Below, piece after piece: positions 39,618-50,413 of a DNA stretch of 64,000 bases. Made by a program: the position numbers and the translations under genes. The first letter of the stretch is position 1, and every line of letters starts with the position of its first letter. The notes below the pieces were generated by a model that saw nothing but the letters and a program-made list of their open reading frames with translations, was not told the DNA's origin and did not search any database. The DNA comes from an uncultured Candidatus Binatia bacterium (GTDB lineage: Bacteria > Desulfobacterota > Binatia > UBA9968 > JAJDTQ01). The DNA lies in the NCBI GenBank assembly GCA_965213675.1, contig OZ243916.1, forward strand, positions 3,424,001 through 3,488,000, read 5' to 3'.

Positions 39618-39668
39618 ATCATATGATCGATATCCTTGTTTATCAAGGGTAGTAGTCGATCATTTGAT
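39618..39668 (-). promoter_or_regulatory. sigma70 promoter of the toxin operon embedded in a long palindrome
   Basis: Minus strand TTGATA-N17-TATGAT (39646-39618); IR ATCATATGATCGA...TCGATCATTTGAT with inner CCTTG/CAAGG. Confidence 0.72.
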
Positions 39669-40151
39669 AGTCCGTGTGCTGACCGGTACACGTGTTGCCG
39701 CTTTGCGGTCTGGATCGTCGTCGCTGGAACCCCATGGGTCGTAACTGCCGAAGTTCCACAGGTTGCCTTCGGGGTCGCGGCAGGAGTAGAGGCGGCCGCC
39801 GTAATGCTGGTCCTCGGGGGGCATCACGATCCGCGCGCCGGCGGCAAGCGCCCGGGAGTGGTGTGCGTCAACGTCGGAGACGATGACGTAGGGGCTTTGC
39901 GATACCGGGCCGCCAGAGTCGGTCAACGGCCGCTGTATGACTCCGAAGTCGTCGTCTCTGGCCGACCCCAGCATGACCATGCCGTTGCCGAAGACGAGCT
40001 GGGCATGGTCGATGGCGCCGTCCTTGCCGGGGATGACCCGATGGCGCTCAAAGCCGAACGCCCTGCATAGCCACTCGATGGCCGCGGCCGCGTCGCGGTA
40101 GCGGATGGTGGGAATCAGGGTGCTCTTCGTGTCCTTCGCGAGCGTGTTCAT
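39660..40151 (-). CDS. VOC/glyoxalase family protein
   Basis: YRDAAAAIEWLCRAFGF, HAQLVFGNGMVMLGS, DPEGNLWNFGSY. Confidence 0.9.
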   Translation of the reverse strand: MNTLAKDTKSTLIPTIRYRDAAAAIEWLCRAFGFERHRVIPGKDGAIDHAQLVFGNGMVMLGSARDDDFGVIQRPLTDSGGPVSQSPYVIVSDVDAHHSRALAAGARIVMPPEDQHYGGRLYSCRDPEGNLWNFGSYDPWGSSDDDPDRKAATRVPVSTRTIK

Positions 40152-40387
40152 GGGTGCAGTGTTCCACATCGGGTGGGTTCCGCCAAGGTGGTCCGGAACC
40201 GGGAGACGCCGCGGCAACCGGGGTTTGACTCGCCATGCGGCCTGCGTTATCAACGGGCGCATTCGCAGTGTCTGACAGTGGCGGAAGCGGTTTCGGGTCC
40301 TGGCGCGCGTCCCGATTCTTATGCGTCGTGCCCTGGTCATGCCTTGTTTCGCCATGGAGTTGCGTCAACCAGATTCGTAGTTTCGTC

Positions 40388-41290
40388 ATGTACCCCGCCG
40401 CTTTCGACTACACCGTCGCCGAATCCGTAGGCCACGCCATCGAACTGCTCCAGCGCTTCGGGGAAGGGGGCAAGCTCTTGTCCGGCGGGCAGAGCCTTGT
40501 GCCGTTGATGAAGCTGCGGCTGGTGCAGCCGGCCCATGTCATCGACATTGGGCGGGTCGAAGGACTGTCGGACGTACGCATCGACGATGCGGCCGGTGTC
40601 GTGCGCATCGGCGCTCTGGCCACGCACGCGCAGGTGGGGGCGTCGCCCGTGGTTCACGAGCGGCTGCCCTTGATGACGGAGGCCGCAAGCGTCATCGGCG
40701 ATGCGCAGGTGCGGGGTTGGGGGACTCTGGGCGGGGCGCTGGCGGAGGCGGACCCGGCAGGGGACTGGGGTCCGGTGATGCAGGCGCTGGAGGCGCGCGT
40801 GGCGTGCGCCGGGCCGTCGGGCGTCCGTTGGGTGGATGCGGCGTCGTTCTTCGTGGACGCCTACACCACGGTGCTGGCGGACGATGAGGTGATCACCGAG
40901 GTCGAGGCGCCGCTGCCCTCACCCGGCAGCGCGGGGGCCTACCTCAAGATGGAGCGCCGGGCCGGGGACTTCGCCGTGGCCAGCGTGGCGGTGCAGCTCG
41001 GCCTGGACGGCGCGGGAAATTGCACGAAGGCCGGGGTGGCCTTGGGTGCGGCGGGATTGACCCCCATCAAGGCGGTGGCGGCGGAGGAATCGCTTTGCGG
41101 GCAACCGCCGGCGCTGGAGGTGGTGGATGCCGCGGCCGAGCGGGTGATGGAGGCGGCAAGTCCGCTCGCGGATGTGCGCGGTCCCAGCGATTACAAGCGG
41201 GCGGTGTGCGGGGCGCTGTTCCGGAAGGCCGTGGACATCGTGCTCAGGCGCCGTCGGGGCGAGAGCGTGAAAGGTGGGCACGTCCGTTAG
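40388..41290 (+). CDS. Xanthine dehydrogenase/CoxM-family FAD-binding subunit
   Basis: MYPAAFDY, LSGGQSL, GTLGGALAEADPAGD. Confidence 0.92.
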   Translation: MYPAAFDYTVAESVGHAIELLQRFGEGGKLLSGGQSLVPLMKLRLVQPAHVIDIGRVEGLSDVRIDDAAGVVRIGALATHAQVGASPVVHERLPLMTEAASVIGDAQVRGWGTLGGALAEADPAGDWGPVMQALEARVACAGPSGVRWVDAASFFVDAYTTVLADDEVITEVEAPLPSPGSAGAYLKMERRAGDFAVASVAVQLGLDGAGNCTKAGVALGAAGLTPIKAVAAEESLCGQPPALEVVDAAAERVMEAASPLADVRGPSDYKRAVCGALFRKAVDIVLRRRRGESVKGGHVR

Positions 41291-41443
41291 GAGCCAGTCC
41301 GTGTGGGGCGACCGCAGGTCCGTTGCGTGGTAATGACGGCGCCCTTGGGCTTCGTTACGCGGAGCCGAAGGGCATGAGAGTCTTTCTGGCGCAGCCGCTG
41401 GCCTCCATTGTGAATTGCGTGTCCCGGGGCGCAGGGAATTTCC

Positions 41444-41935
41444 ATGTCCGACAAGTCGAAGATCCGCATCACCATCAACGGCGCGCCCCACGAGGGTGAG
41501 GCCCAGCCGCGCATGCTGCTGGTGGACTACATCCGCGACATCGTGGGCCTCAAGGGGACGCGCTACGGCTGCGACACCAGCAACTGCGGCTCTTGCACCC
41601 TTGTCATGGACGGCAAGAGCGCCAAGTCCTGCACCTTCCTGGCGGTCCAGGCGGACGGGCGCGAGGTGACCACCATCGAGGGACTCGCCCAGGGGAGCGC
41701 GTTGCATCCCTTGCAGGCGGCCTTTCAGGAGAAGCACGCGCTCCAGTGCGGCTTCTGCACTTCGGGCATGGTCATGTCGGCGCATGCGTTGCTGGCTCGG
41801 AATCCGGCTCCATCGGTCGACGAGATCCGCGAGGGGATCGTGGGCAATCTGTGCCGCTGCACCGGCTACCTGCCGGTGATCGAGGCGGTGCAGGCGGCGG
41901 CGCGCAAGCTGGCCCCCGAGGGAGGCAACCCATGA
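41444..41935 (+). CDS. CoxS-family [2Fe-2S] subunit
   Basis: GCDTSNCGSCT...SC, QCGFCT, NLCRCTGY. Confidence 0.95.
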   Translation: MSDKSKIRITINGAPHEGEAQPRMLLVDYIRDIVGLKGTRYGCDTSNCGSCTLVMDGKSAKSCTFLAVQADGREVTTIEGLAQGSALHPLQAAFQEKHALQCGFCTSGMVMSAHALLARNPAPSVDEIREGIVGNLCRCTGYLPVIEAVQAAARKLAPEGGNP

Positions 41936-44349
41936 GCGCCGCCACTCGCCGGCCGCTGGTGGGCGCGCCGGTGCCGCGCAAGGAAGACCCGGAGATTCTC
42001 CGGGGTCAGGCGCGTTATACCTTCGACATCGACCTGCCGGACATGCTGCACGTGGCGGTGTACCGGAGTCCGGCCGCCCACGCGCGCATCCGTAGCGTGG
42101 ACCTGTCCAAGGCATTGGCGCTGCCCGGCGTGGTGACCGGTTTGACCGGCGAGCAGGTGCGGCAACTCGGCTACGTCAACCCGCTGTCACCGTTCCCCTT
42201 CCAGAGCCGGGATCCGTTCAAGCGCGGCAACCCCACCATCAAGTTCTTCGACCACTACTGCCTCGCCTACGACAAGGTGCGGTTCGTGGGCGAGCCGGTG
42301 GCCGCGGTGGTGGCCACGGACCGGTACATCGCCGAGGACGCGCTGGATCTCATAGAGGTGGAACTCGACCCGCTGCCGCCGGTGGTGGATTCGGAAGCGG
42401 CCCTGCAACCGGATTCCCAGCGCCTCTACGAGGACTGGGACGACAACGTCATGCTGACGTTCCGGGTGTCCGGCGGCAACGTGGACGCCGCTTTCGACGA
42501 GGCGGACGTCGTCGTCAAGGAGACCATCCACAGCGGCCGCTTCACCGGCACTCCCATTGAGACCCGCGCGGTGGTGGCCGATTACGACGCCAGCGTCAAA
42601 ACCCTGAGCCTGTGGAGCACGACCCAGATCGGCCACGCCATCGGCACGCTGGTGGAGAACACCATCGCGCTCCCGGGCCTGAAGGTCCATGTGAATTTCC
42701 GGCGCATCGGCGGCGGCTACGGGCAGAAGTGGGCGTTCTACCCGGAAGAGATCCTGGTGCCGTTGCTGTCGATCCTCACGGACCGGCCCATGAAGTGGGT
42801 GGAGACCCGGCGCGAGCACATGACCGGCACCATCCACGCCCGCGAGCAGACCCACCACATCGAGGCGGCGGTGCGCCGGGATGGGACGATCCTGGGGGTC
42901 CGGGACCGCATCGTGGCCAACATCGGCGCGGCCTATCCCACCGGCGGGCTGGCGTCCATCGTCACCACCGGCATGTTCGTGCCTGGCGCCTACCGCATCG
43001 CCAACTACGAGGGTCAGGTCCAGGGGGTGGTGAGCAACAAGACGCCCTACGGCGCGCACCGGGGTTTCGGCAAGTCGGAAGCCTGCTTTGTCATTGAGCG
43101 CATGGTGGACCGTATCGCCGTGAACCTGGGCCTCGACCCGGTGGCGGTGCGCCGGCGGAACTTTGTCCCGCCCGACGCCTTCCCCTACCGCTCGGTCACC
43201 GGCCCGCGCTACGACAGCGGTCGCTACCAGGAGGCCCTGGACAAGGCGCTGGGGTTGCTGGACGTGGACCACTGGCGCCAGGCGCAGAAAGAGGCGGTGG
43301 CCCAGGGCCGCTACCTGGGCATCGGCACCTGTCTGGTCATCGAGCCGTCCAGCTCGACGCGCATGGGTTCCTACAACGCCGGCTATTACAGCGTGCGCAT
43401 GCGCATGGATCCCAACGGCAAGGTCTACGTCTTTCCCGGCGGCAGCGACGAGGGCCAGGGCCATGCCACTTCCATCTCGCAGCTCGTGGGCGACGAACTT
43501 CAGGTGTCCTTCGACGACGTCATGGTGGTGGAAGGGGACAGTCTGGCCTGCCCTTACGGCTCCGGTTCCTACTCCAGCCGTTTCTCCGTGGTGGGCACCA
43601 CCGCGGTGACCCTGGCGGCGCGGGCGCTGCGCGAGAAGATCACCCAGATCGCGTCCGTGATGCTCCGGCATCCCCCCGGCGGGCTCGTGTTCGAGGATGG
43701 CCGGGTGTCCGTGGAGGGGCGTCCGGCCGAGGCGGTTTCCCTCATGCAGATCGCCCGGGTCGCGTACTTCTATCCGTTCCAGTTGCCCGAGGGCATGGAT
43801 CCCGGACTGGAAACGCTGTACCACTTCCGCGATCCCAACATCGAGTTCGAGGCGGACGAGCGCGGCCGCGTGGCCATGTTCAGCAGCTTCCCGTATGACG
43901 CCGAGGCTGCGGTGGTGGAGGTGGAGGCGGACACCGGGCTGCTCAGGATCCTGAAGTTCGTTTCGGTGCACGACTGCGGCAACATGCTGAACCCGCTCAT
44001 CGTCAGGGGCCAGCACGTGGGCGCCCTGGCCCACGGCTTCGGCGGAGCCCTGTACGAGGAACTGCCCTACTCCGAGGAAGGCCAGCCCTTGGCGGCGAGC
44101 TTCAAGGACTATTTCCTGCCCACGGCCATGGAGATGCCCGACATGGTGATGGAGCACATCGAGACCCCCAACCCGTTCACCCCCGGCGGCTTCAAGGGCG
44201 CGGGCGAAACCGGCACGGTGGGGCCGCCCGCGGTGCTGGCCAACGCGGTGGAGGACGCATTGAAGCCGCTGGGCATCGCCATCCGCCGCCTGCCGCTCAC
44301 GCCCCCATACCTGTGGTCGCTGATCCAGGAGGCCCGGCGCGGACGGTAG
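41932..44349 (+). CDS. Xanthine dehydrogenase-family molybdopterin-binding large subunit (not a canonical CODH)
   Basis: GGGYGQK, PYGAHRGFG active-site loop, GSYSSR, KGAGETG. Confidence 0.9.
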   Translation: MSAATRRPLVGAPVPRKEDPEILRGQARYTFDIDLPDMLHVAVYRSPAAHARIRSVDLSKALALPGVVTGLTGEQVRQLGYVNPLSPFPFQSRDPFKRGNPTIKFFDHYCLAYDKVRFVGEPVAAVVATDRYIAEDALDLIEVELDPLPPVVDSEAALQPDSQRLYEDWDDNVMLTFRVSGGNVDAAFDEADVVVKETIHSGRFTGTPIETRAVVADYDASVKTLSLWSTTQIGHAIGTLVENTIALPGLKVHVNFRRIGGGYGQKWAFYPEEILVPLLSILTDRPMKWVETRREHMTGTIHAREQTHHIEAAVRRDGTILGVRDRIVANIGAAYPTGGLASIVTTGMFVPGAYRIANYEGQVQGVVSNKTPYGAHRGFGKSEACFVIERMVDRIAVNLGLDPVAVRRRNFVPPDAFPYRSVTGPRYDSGRYQEALDKALGLLDVDHWRQAQKEAVAQGRYLGIGTCLVIEPSSSTRMGSYNAGYYSVRMRMDPNGKVYVFPGGSDEGQGHATSISQLVGDELQVSFDDVMVVEGDSLACPYGSGSYSSRFSVVGTTAVTLAARALREKITQIASVMLRHPPGGLVFEDGRVSVEGRPAEAVSLMQIARVAYFYPFQLPEGMDPGLETLYHFRDPNIEFEADERGRVAMFSSFPYDAEAAVVEVEADTGLLRILKFVSVHDCGNMLNPLIVRGQHVGALAHGFGGALYEELPYSEEGQPLAASFKDYFLPTAMEMPDMVMEHIETPNPFTPGGFKGAGETGTVGPPAVLANAVEDALKPLGIAIRRLPLTPPYLWSLIQEARRGR

Positions 44350-44357
44350 CGTGCCGC

Positions 44358-44520
44358 TAGTGTGGTGTCTGGTTAATTCGCGTCATAATCTGCGGGTCTT
44401 TTTCGCCGTCGGCTGCGTTGCTCTTCCTCGCGTGGTACACGCCACTGCTCGTCATCGCGCCTTGCCGACGACAAAAAATCCTCCGCAGATTATGACGCGA
44501 ATTAACCAGACACCACACTA
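44358..44520 (+). mobile_element. Family A hairpin miniature element, copy 3
   Basis: Same arms and core as copies 1 and 2; CTAG at both ends. Confidence 0.9.
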
Positions 44521-44674
44521 GGGACACGGACCGGGAGGTGGTCCCCGCGCGGATGGCGCCACATCCGCTTTGGCCGGCAAGGGCGACCGGCGGTCGCCCC
44601 CATACACGGACAGGCTCCCGGAGCGGGCGCGGTCGAAAGCAGCGGGAGCCGTAACCGGCTTGGAAAGGCATCAC

Positions 44675-45391
44675 ATGTCCGACACGGTTCTTCTCGAAAA
44701 GACGGGCGACATCGCCACGCTGACCCTGAACCGCCCCGAAAAGGGCAACGCCGTCGACCTGGAGTTGATGCTCGCGCTGACGGACCGGCTCGCGGCAGCC
44801 GCGGCGGACAAGACGCTCCGGTTGATGGTCCTTGAGGGCAGGGGCGCCGATTTCTGCTCTGGACGCGAGCCCGACGTGCCCCGCCCGGAGAACGCGGCGC
44901 AGTTCGCCGAGGCCCTGGGCCGGATCGTGCGCGTCAACGAATTGCTGCAGTCATTTCCGGGAATCAGCCTGGCGGTGGTGCGGGGGAGGGCCTTCGGGTT
45001 CGGTTGCGGCCTGGCGGTGCAGAGCGACGTGACCCTGGCCGCGGCCGACGCGCGCTTTGCCTTTCCGGAAATAAAGGCCGGGTTCCCGCCCACTATCGTC
45101 ATGTCCTACCTGAGTCGCTGGATACACAGGAAGAAGGCTCTGGAGTTGGTGATGACCGGCGGCGAACTCAGTGCCGCGGAGGCCGAACGGCAGGGTCTGG
45201 TGAACCAAGTGACGCCGCCGGAACAGTTGGAGGGCGAGAAAGGACGCTGGATCGAGATGCTCGCGGGGGGAAACCTGGAAGGGCTTCAGGCCACCAAGGC
45301 GTTCTTCAGGGATACGGCGGAATGGCCCACCGGCGCCGCGGCACAGTATGGCATCACCCGGTTGGCGAATTTCTTCGCAAGCCGCCGATAG
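44675..45391 (+). CDS. Enoyl-CoA hydratase/isomerase family protein
   Basis: TLTLNRPEKGNA, DFCSG, AFGFGCGL, FAFPE. Confidence 0.9.
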   Translation: MSDTVLLEKTGDIATLTLNRPEKGNAVDLELMLALTDRLAAAAADKTLRLMVLEGRGADFCSGREPDVPRPENAAQFAEALGRIVRVNELLQSFPGISLAVVRGRAFGFGCGLAVQSDVTLAAADARFAFPEIKAGFPPTIVMSYLSRWIHRKKALELVMTGGELSAAEAERQGLVNQVTPPEQLEGEKGRWIEMLAGGNLEGLQATKAFFRDTAEWPTGAAAQYGITRLANFFASRR

Positions 45392-45478
45392 GGCGCCAGA
45401 ATCCTTGATTCTTTTCGGAGTCGTCGCCCGTACACGGTTCCCGCGCCGTGCGATACGTTCCCGATGGTGGACCAACTC

Positions 45479-45661
45479 CTAGCGTCTGAAGTCCACCTTG
45501 CGTCCGTAGCTGACCTCGCCCTTGTCGATCCTGAGGGAGAAACCGCAGTCCGGATGGGTGCACACCCAAGCCTTGAACATGACCGATGCGCCATCCTGAC
45601 CGTAGTCCGATAGTGGTATCAAGATGCCATTGTCGCATTTCTGACACGTCGGCAGTTCCAT
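45479..45661 (-). CDS. Small Cys-rich (zinc-ribbon-like) protein, 60 aa
   Basis: AGGAGG RBS; CQKC...CTHPDC. Confidence 0.72.
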   Translation of the reverse strand: MELPTCQKCDNGILIPLSDYGQDGASVMFKAWVCTHPDCGFSLRIDKGEVSYGRKVDFRR

Positions 45662-45944
45662 CTCCACTCCTCCTTTGCGGCGAAACCGGCTCGCGGGATC
45701 GCCATAGAACCGTCCTTGCCTGCCCTGCTCACTACGACTCGGCACGCGGCGACTCGGCAAGTTGGCAGATACCTCAAACCATATAGAAGTCTCCCCTCGA
45801 AATCAATGTTCCCGATGGTCCGCGCAGGGCTTTCAAGCGCCGGCGAACGCATTCCTCATTCTCGTGCAAGCGGGACTTCAAGGGCGCGGGCGCGGCGGGC
45901 CGGCGAGTTCCGGCGCCGGGCGTGGAACACCCATCTGGCAGGCC

Positions 45945-46074
45945 GATCCCACGCTGCCGATTCGCACGGCAGTCGGGGGGTTTGGACAGCGCCCTGTCCA
46001 CGGAACGAGGCCGTGTGAGGGTTGGAACGGGTCCCATTCGGCGCTCGACGCGGATGCTCGGCCAGCGTGGGATC
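45945..46074 (-). mobile_element. Family B miniature inverted-repeat element, copy 2
   Basis: GATCCCACGCTG...CAGCGTGGGATC; reverse-complement homolog of 12335-12463. Confidence 0.75.
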
Positions 46075-46185
46075 AGCCTGCGCTCTTGGTTTGACAGCTT
46101 CGCCGGGCCGGGGATATGATGACGGAGTGCCTCTTGCGGGTGCGTTCTCGAAGAGGCCTCCCCTCGCTCCGCAACATTTGCTTTC

Positions 46186-46944
46186 ATGTCCGTTGTGGCC
46201 ATCATACCCGCGCGTTACGGGTCTACGCGGTTTCCGGGGAAGCCGCTCGCCAGGATCGGTGCGAAGCCGATGATTCAACACGTCTACGAGAGCACGGCGG
46301 CGGCGGATGTGGTCCAGCGCACGCTCGTGGCCACGGACGATGCGCGGATTCTGGACGCGGTCCGGGGCTTCGGCGGGGAGGCGGTGATGACGTCCGGAAA
46401 GCATTTGAGCGGAACCGACCGCCTGGCCGAAGTGGCCGCCGGCCTTGAGGCGGAATGGATCGTCAACGTGCAGGGGGACTTCCCGTTCGTTCAGTCGGAA
46501 ACCGTCCGCGCCAGCGTGGACTGTCTGGTGCGGGACGCGTCCGTGCCCATGGCGACGGCCTGCACCGCCATTGCCTCGGAGGACGAGTTTCTCGACCGCA
46601 ACGTGGTGAAGGTGGTGCTCGACCGTCAGGGCTTCGCCTGTTACTTTTCGCGCGCGCCCATACCCTTTCACCGGGAGCCGCCGGCCGGGGGCGCCGGCTG
46701 GGGGCGCCGGCACTTGGGCATCTACGTGTACCGGCGGGATTTCCTCTTGCGCTTTGCCGGCATGCCGCCCGCGGAACCGGAGATTGTGGAGGGCCTGGAG
46801 CAGTTGCGCGCCCTGTTTCACGGTTTCCGCATCCGGGTAGTGGACGTGGCGGAACCGGGCGTGGAGGTCAACACTCCGGACGACCTGGAGCGGGCCGAGG
46901 CTTGGTGGACAAGGGTTCACGCGGAGAACGGGCACCATGGCTAA
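46186..46944 (+). CDS. kdsB: 3-deoxy-manno-octulosonate cytidylyltransferase
   Basis: [33 protein letters not shown]. Confidence 0.95.
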   Translation: MSVVAIIPARYGSTRFPGKPLARIGAKPMIQHVYESTAAADVVQRTLVATDDARILDAVRGFGGEAVMTSGKHLSGTDRLAEVAAGLEAEWIVNVQGDFPFVQSETVRASVDCLVRDASVPMATACTAIASEDEFLDRNVVKVVLDRQGFACYFSRAPIPFHREPPAGGAGWGRRHLGIYVYRRDFLLRFAGMPPAEPEIVEGLEQLRALFHGFRIRVVDVAEPGVEVNTPDDLERAEAWWTRVHAENGHHG

Positions 46945-48595
46945 GTTGCCACAGAAGTTCATCTTCGTGACCGGCGGGGTGATGTCGTCGCTGGGGAAGG
47001 GGCTGGCGGCGGCTTCCATCGGCGCGCTTCTGGAAAGCCGTGGCCTCAACGTCACTCTGCTGAAGATGGATCCATACATCAACGTGGATCCGGGGACCAT
47101 GAGCCCGTTCCAGCACGGCGAGGTTTTCGTGACCGACGACGGCGCGGAGACGGACCTCGATCTGGGGCACTACGAACGCTACGTTTCGTCGACCACCGGA
47201 CGGGCGAACAACTTCACCACGGGGCAAGTCTACGACACGGTCATCGGCAACGAACGGCGCGGCGACTATCTCGGCGGCACGGTCCAGGTCATTCCCCACA
47301 TCACCGACGAGATCAAGCGGCGCATCGAGGTGGCGGCCGGAAATCACGACATCGCCATCTGCGAGGTGGGCGGCACCGTGGGCGACATCGAAGGGCTGCC
47401 GTTTCTGGAGGCCATCCGCCAGTTCGCGCGCGACCGCGGGCGGCACAACGTCATCTACGTTCACCTCACGTACGTGCCGTACATCGCCGCCGGCGGTGAG
47501 CTCAAGACCAAGCCCACGCAGCACAGCGTCAAGGAGCTGACCGGCCTGGGTATCCAACCGGATTTTCTGCTGTGCCGCACCGACCGCCTGTTGAGCCGCC
47601 CCCTCAAGGCCAAGATCGCCAGCTTCTGCAACGTGGACGAGGATTCGGTGATCACCGCCAAGGACGTGGAGTGGATCTACGAAGTGCCGTTGGTCCTGCA
47701 CCAGGAAGGTCTGGATGACCGCATCGTGGAACGGCTGCAGATGTGGACCGGCACACCGAACCTGCGCAAGTGGCAGAACACCGTGAACATTCTCAAGAAT
47801 GCCGATGAAACGGTGCGCATCGCGGTGGTGGGCAAATACATGCAGCTCAAGGAGTCGTACAAGAGCCTGATGGAAGCCTTGGTGCACGGCGGCATCGCCA
47901 ACGGCGTGCATGTCGAGCTGGAGTGCATCGAGGCGGAGAAGATGGAAAAACGCTACGTCCAGAAGTTCCTGGACGGCGTCGATGGCGTCCTGATTCCGGG
48001 CGGGTTCGGCGACCGCGGCACGGAGGGCAAGGTGCGCGCGGTGCGCTATGCGCGCGAGAACCGGGTGCCGTTCTTCGGCATCTGCCTGGGGATGCAGATC
48101 GCCGTGGCCGAGTTTGCGCGCAACGTCTGTTCCCTCAAGGGCGCCAACTCGGTGGAGCTGGACGCCAGGACGAAACACCCCGTGATTCACCTGATGGAGG
48201 ACCAGAAGGCGGTGGAACAGAAGGGCGGCACCATGCGCCTTGGGGCGTATCCGTGCGTGCTCGCCTCCGACTCCCTCTCGGCCAGGTTGTACCGCAAGAA
48301 GAAGATCTCCGAGCGCCACCGGCACCGCTACGAGTTCAACAACGACTACCGGGAGACGATGGCGGAGAAGGGGCTGCGCATCAGCGGCCTGTCGCCCGAC
48401 GGCAAGCTGGTGGAGGTGGTGGAGCTGGCCGACCACCCTTGGTTCGTCGGCTGCCAGTTCCACCCGGAGTTCAAGTCCCGCCCGACCGAGTGCCACCCGC
48501 TGTTCAAGGGTTTCATTCGCGCCGCGCTGCAGCACCGCGGGTCGGTGAAGGAAGTTCCGCGCATGCGCATTGTCGCGGACGCCACGAGGTCATGA
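46937..48595 (+). CDS. pyrG: CTP synthase
   Basis: [36 protein letters not shown]. Confidence 0.97.
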   Translation: MAKLPQKFIFVTGGVMSSLGKGLAAASIGALLESRGLNVTLLKMDPYINVDPGTMSPFQHGEVFVTDDGAETDLDLGHYERYVSSTTGRANNFTTGQVYDTVIGNERRGDYLGGTVQVIPHITDEIKRRIEVAAGNHDIAICEVGGTVGDIEGLPFLEAIRQFARDRGRHNVIYVHLTYVPYIAAGGELKTKPTQHSVKELTGLGIQPDFLLCRTDRLLSRPLKAKIASFCNVDEDSVITAKDVEWIYEVPLVLHQEGLDDRIVERLQMWTGTPNLRKWQNTVNILKNADETVRIAVVGKYMQLKESYKSLMEALVHGGIANGVHVELECIEAEKMEKRYVQKFLDGVDGVLIPGGFGDRGTEGKVRAVRYARENRVPFFGICLGMQIAVAEFARNVCSLKGANSVELDARTKHPVIHLMEDQKAVEQKGGTMRLGAYPCVLASDSLSARLYRKKKISERHRHRYEFNNDYRETMAEKGLRISGLSPDGKLVEVVELADHPWFVGCQFHPEFKSRPTECHPLFKGFIRAALQHRGSVKEVPRMRIVADATRS

Positions 48596-49428
48596 GCGCC
48601 CGCGAGGTTCAGGTCGGGGACATCCGCGTCGGCGGCGGGCGCCCGCTCACGTTGATCGCGGGTTCGTGCGTCATCGAGAACCGGGACTCGGCGTTGCGGC
48701 ACGCGGCGTTCCTGAGCGACCTCACCCGGCGCCTCGGCATCCCCTTCATCTACAAGTCCTCCTACGACAAGGCCAACCGCACCTCGCTGGAGTCCTTTCG
48801 CGGCTTGGGGCTCGACGAGGGCCTGCGCATCCTGCAGGACGTGCGCCGCGAGACCGGCGCCCCCGTGCTCACCGACGTGCATGAGCCCGGCCAGATCGGT
48901 CCGGTATGCGAAGTGGTGGATGTGGTGCAGATCCCCGCGTTCCTGTGCCGGCAGACGGACTTCGTGGCCGGGGTGGCGCGCGCCGCCAGGGTCGTGAACG
49001 TGAAGAAGGGGCAGTTCCTGGCGCCGTGGGACATCCGCAACGTCGTGGCCAAGATCGTGGCCGCGGGCAACACCAACGTGCTGCTCACCGAACGCGGCGT
49101 TTCCTTCGGCTACAACAACCTGGTGTCGGACATGCGCTCCCTGGTGATCATGCGCGAATCGGGTTTCCCGGTGGTGTTCGACGCGACCCACAGCCTGCAG
49201 CTCCCCGGCGGCCTGGGGCAGGCTTCGGGCGGCGACCGGCAGTTCATCGCGCCACTGGCGCGGGCGGGCGCCGCGGTGGGGGTGGACGCGCTCTTCATGG
49301 AGGTCCACGAGGACCCGGACCGGGCCTTGAGCGATGGTCCCACTTCGTTTCCCCTGGCCGGCCTCGATGGGTTGTTGCGCGCGGTGAAGGACATCGACGG
49401 CCGGGTCAAGTCCCAGGAGAGCGGGTGA
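48592..49428 (+). CDS. kdsA: KDO8P synthase
   Basis: [30 protein letters not shown]. Confidence 0.96.
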   Translation: MSAREVQVGDIRVGGGRPLTLIAGSCVIENRDSALRHAAFLSDLTRRLGIPFIYKSSYDKANRTSLESFRGLGLDEGLRILQDVRRETGAPVLTDVHEPGQIGPVCEVVDVVQIPAFLCRQTDFVAGVARAARVVNVKKGQFLAPWDIRNVVAKIVAAGNTNVLLTERGVSFGYNNLVSDMRSLVIMRESGFPVVFDATHSLQLPGGLGQASGGDRQFIAPLARAGAAVGVDALFMEVHEDPDRALSDGPTSFPLAGLDGLLRAVKDIDGRVKSQESG

Positions 49429-49429
49429 C

Positions 49430-50413
49430 ATGGACAGGCCGGGGGACGCGCTGCGCAAGGCCCGCGAGGTGCTCGACATCGAAATCCGCGGCATCGCCGC
49501 GGTACGGGATCGGGTGGGCGAGGCGTTCCTGCGCGCGGTTGGCCTCCTTCACGACTGCACCGGCAAGGTCATCGTCACCGGTGTGGGCAAGTCGGGGCTC
49601 GTCTGCCACAAGATGGCGGCCACGCTGGCGAGCACCGGAACGCCGGCGTTCTTCCTGCACGCGGCCGAGGCAAGCCACGGCGACCTGGGCATGATCATGC
49701 GCGACGACATCGTTCTGGCCGTTTCCAACAGCGGCGAGTCCGAAGAAGTCCTGCGGATGCTGCCCCTGATCAAGCGCTGGGGTCTCAAGCTCATCGCCAT
49801 GACCGGCAACGCGCAGTCGAGCCTGGCCCATTCGGGGGATGTCGTGCTGGACGTCGGGGTACCGGAGGAGGCCTGTCCCTTGGGGCTTTCACCCACCGCC
49901 AGCACCACCGCGGCCCTGGCCATGGGCGACGCCCTCGCCGTGGCGCTGCTGGAGCGCCGGGAATTCAAGGAGGAAGACTTCCTGCTGCGGCATCCCGGCG
50001 GCGCTCTGGGCCGCAGGCTGCTGCTGCGCGCGCGTGACCTCATGCACTCCGGCGACGACATTCCTCTGGTGTTCAATGACACGCCGCTCCGGGACATCCT
50101 CCTGGAGATCACCTCCAAGCGCCTCGGCGTGACCGGCGTGTTGAACCGGGAGCAGGCGCTGGTGGGAGTCATCACCGATGGCGACCTCCGCCGTTGCCTG
50201 GCCCAAAGCGATGGCAGCGACATGCTGGAACGCCGGGCCTCGGAAATCATGACTCTGAACCCCAAGACCATCGCCGCGGACGCGCTCGCCGCCGAAGGCG
50301 TGGCGCTGATGGAAAGGTTCTCCATCACCTCTCTGTTCATCGAGGCACAGGACTCGGCCAGACCCCAGGGGATACTGCACCTCCATGACCTCCTCAAAGC
50401 CGGCCTCCTCTGA
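49430..50413 (+). CDS. kdsD: Arabinose-5-phosphate isomerase (KpsF/GutQ)
   Basis: GVGKSG, HGDLG, PTASTT, HPGGALG, CBS pair. Confidence 0.94.
   Translation: MDRPGDALRKAREVLDIEIRGIAAVRDRVGEAFLRAVGLLHDCTGKVIVTGVGKSGLVCHKMAATLASTGTPAFFLHAAEASHGDLGMIMRDDIVLAVSNSGESEEVLRMLPLIKRWGLKLIAMTGNAQSSLAHSGDVVLDVGVPEEACPLGLSPTASTTAALAMGDALAVALLERREFKEEDFLLRHPGGALGRRLLLRARDLMHSGDDIPLVFNDTPLRDILLEITSKRLGVTGVLNREQALVGVITDGDLRRCLAQSDGSDMLERRASEIMTLNPKTIAADALAAEGVALMERFSITSLFIEAQDSARPQGILHLHDLLKAGLL

Noticed and set aside
42187-44157. Long antisense ORFs (also 9998-11311, 19555-21375, 46868-48535, 56792-58579)
   Set aside because: Shadow frames opposite well-supported genes, expected in high-GC DNA
40388-44349. 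Aerobic CO dehydrogenase coxMSL
   Set aside because: Large subunit lacks the AYxCSFR signature and no coxDEFG accessory genes are adjacent
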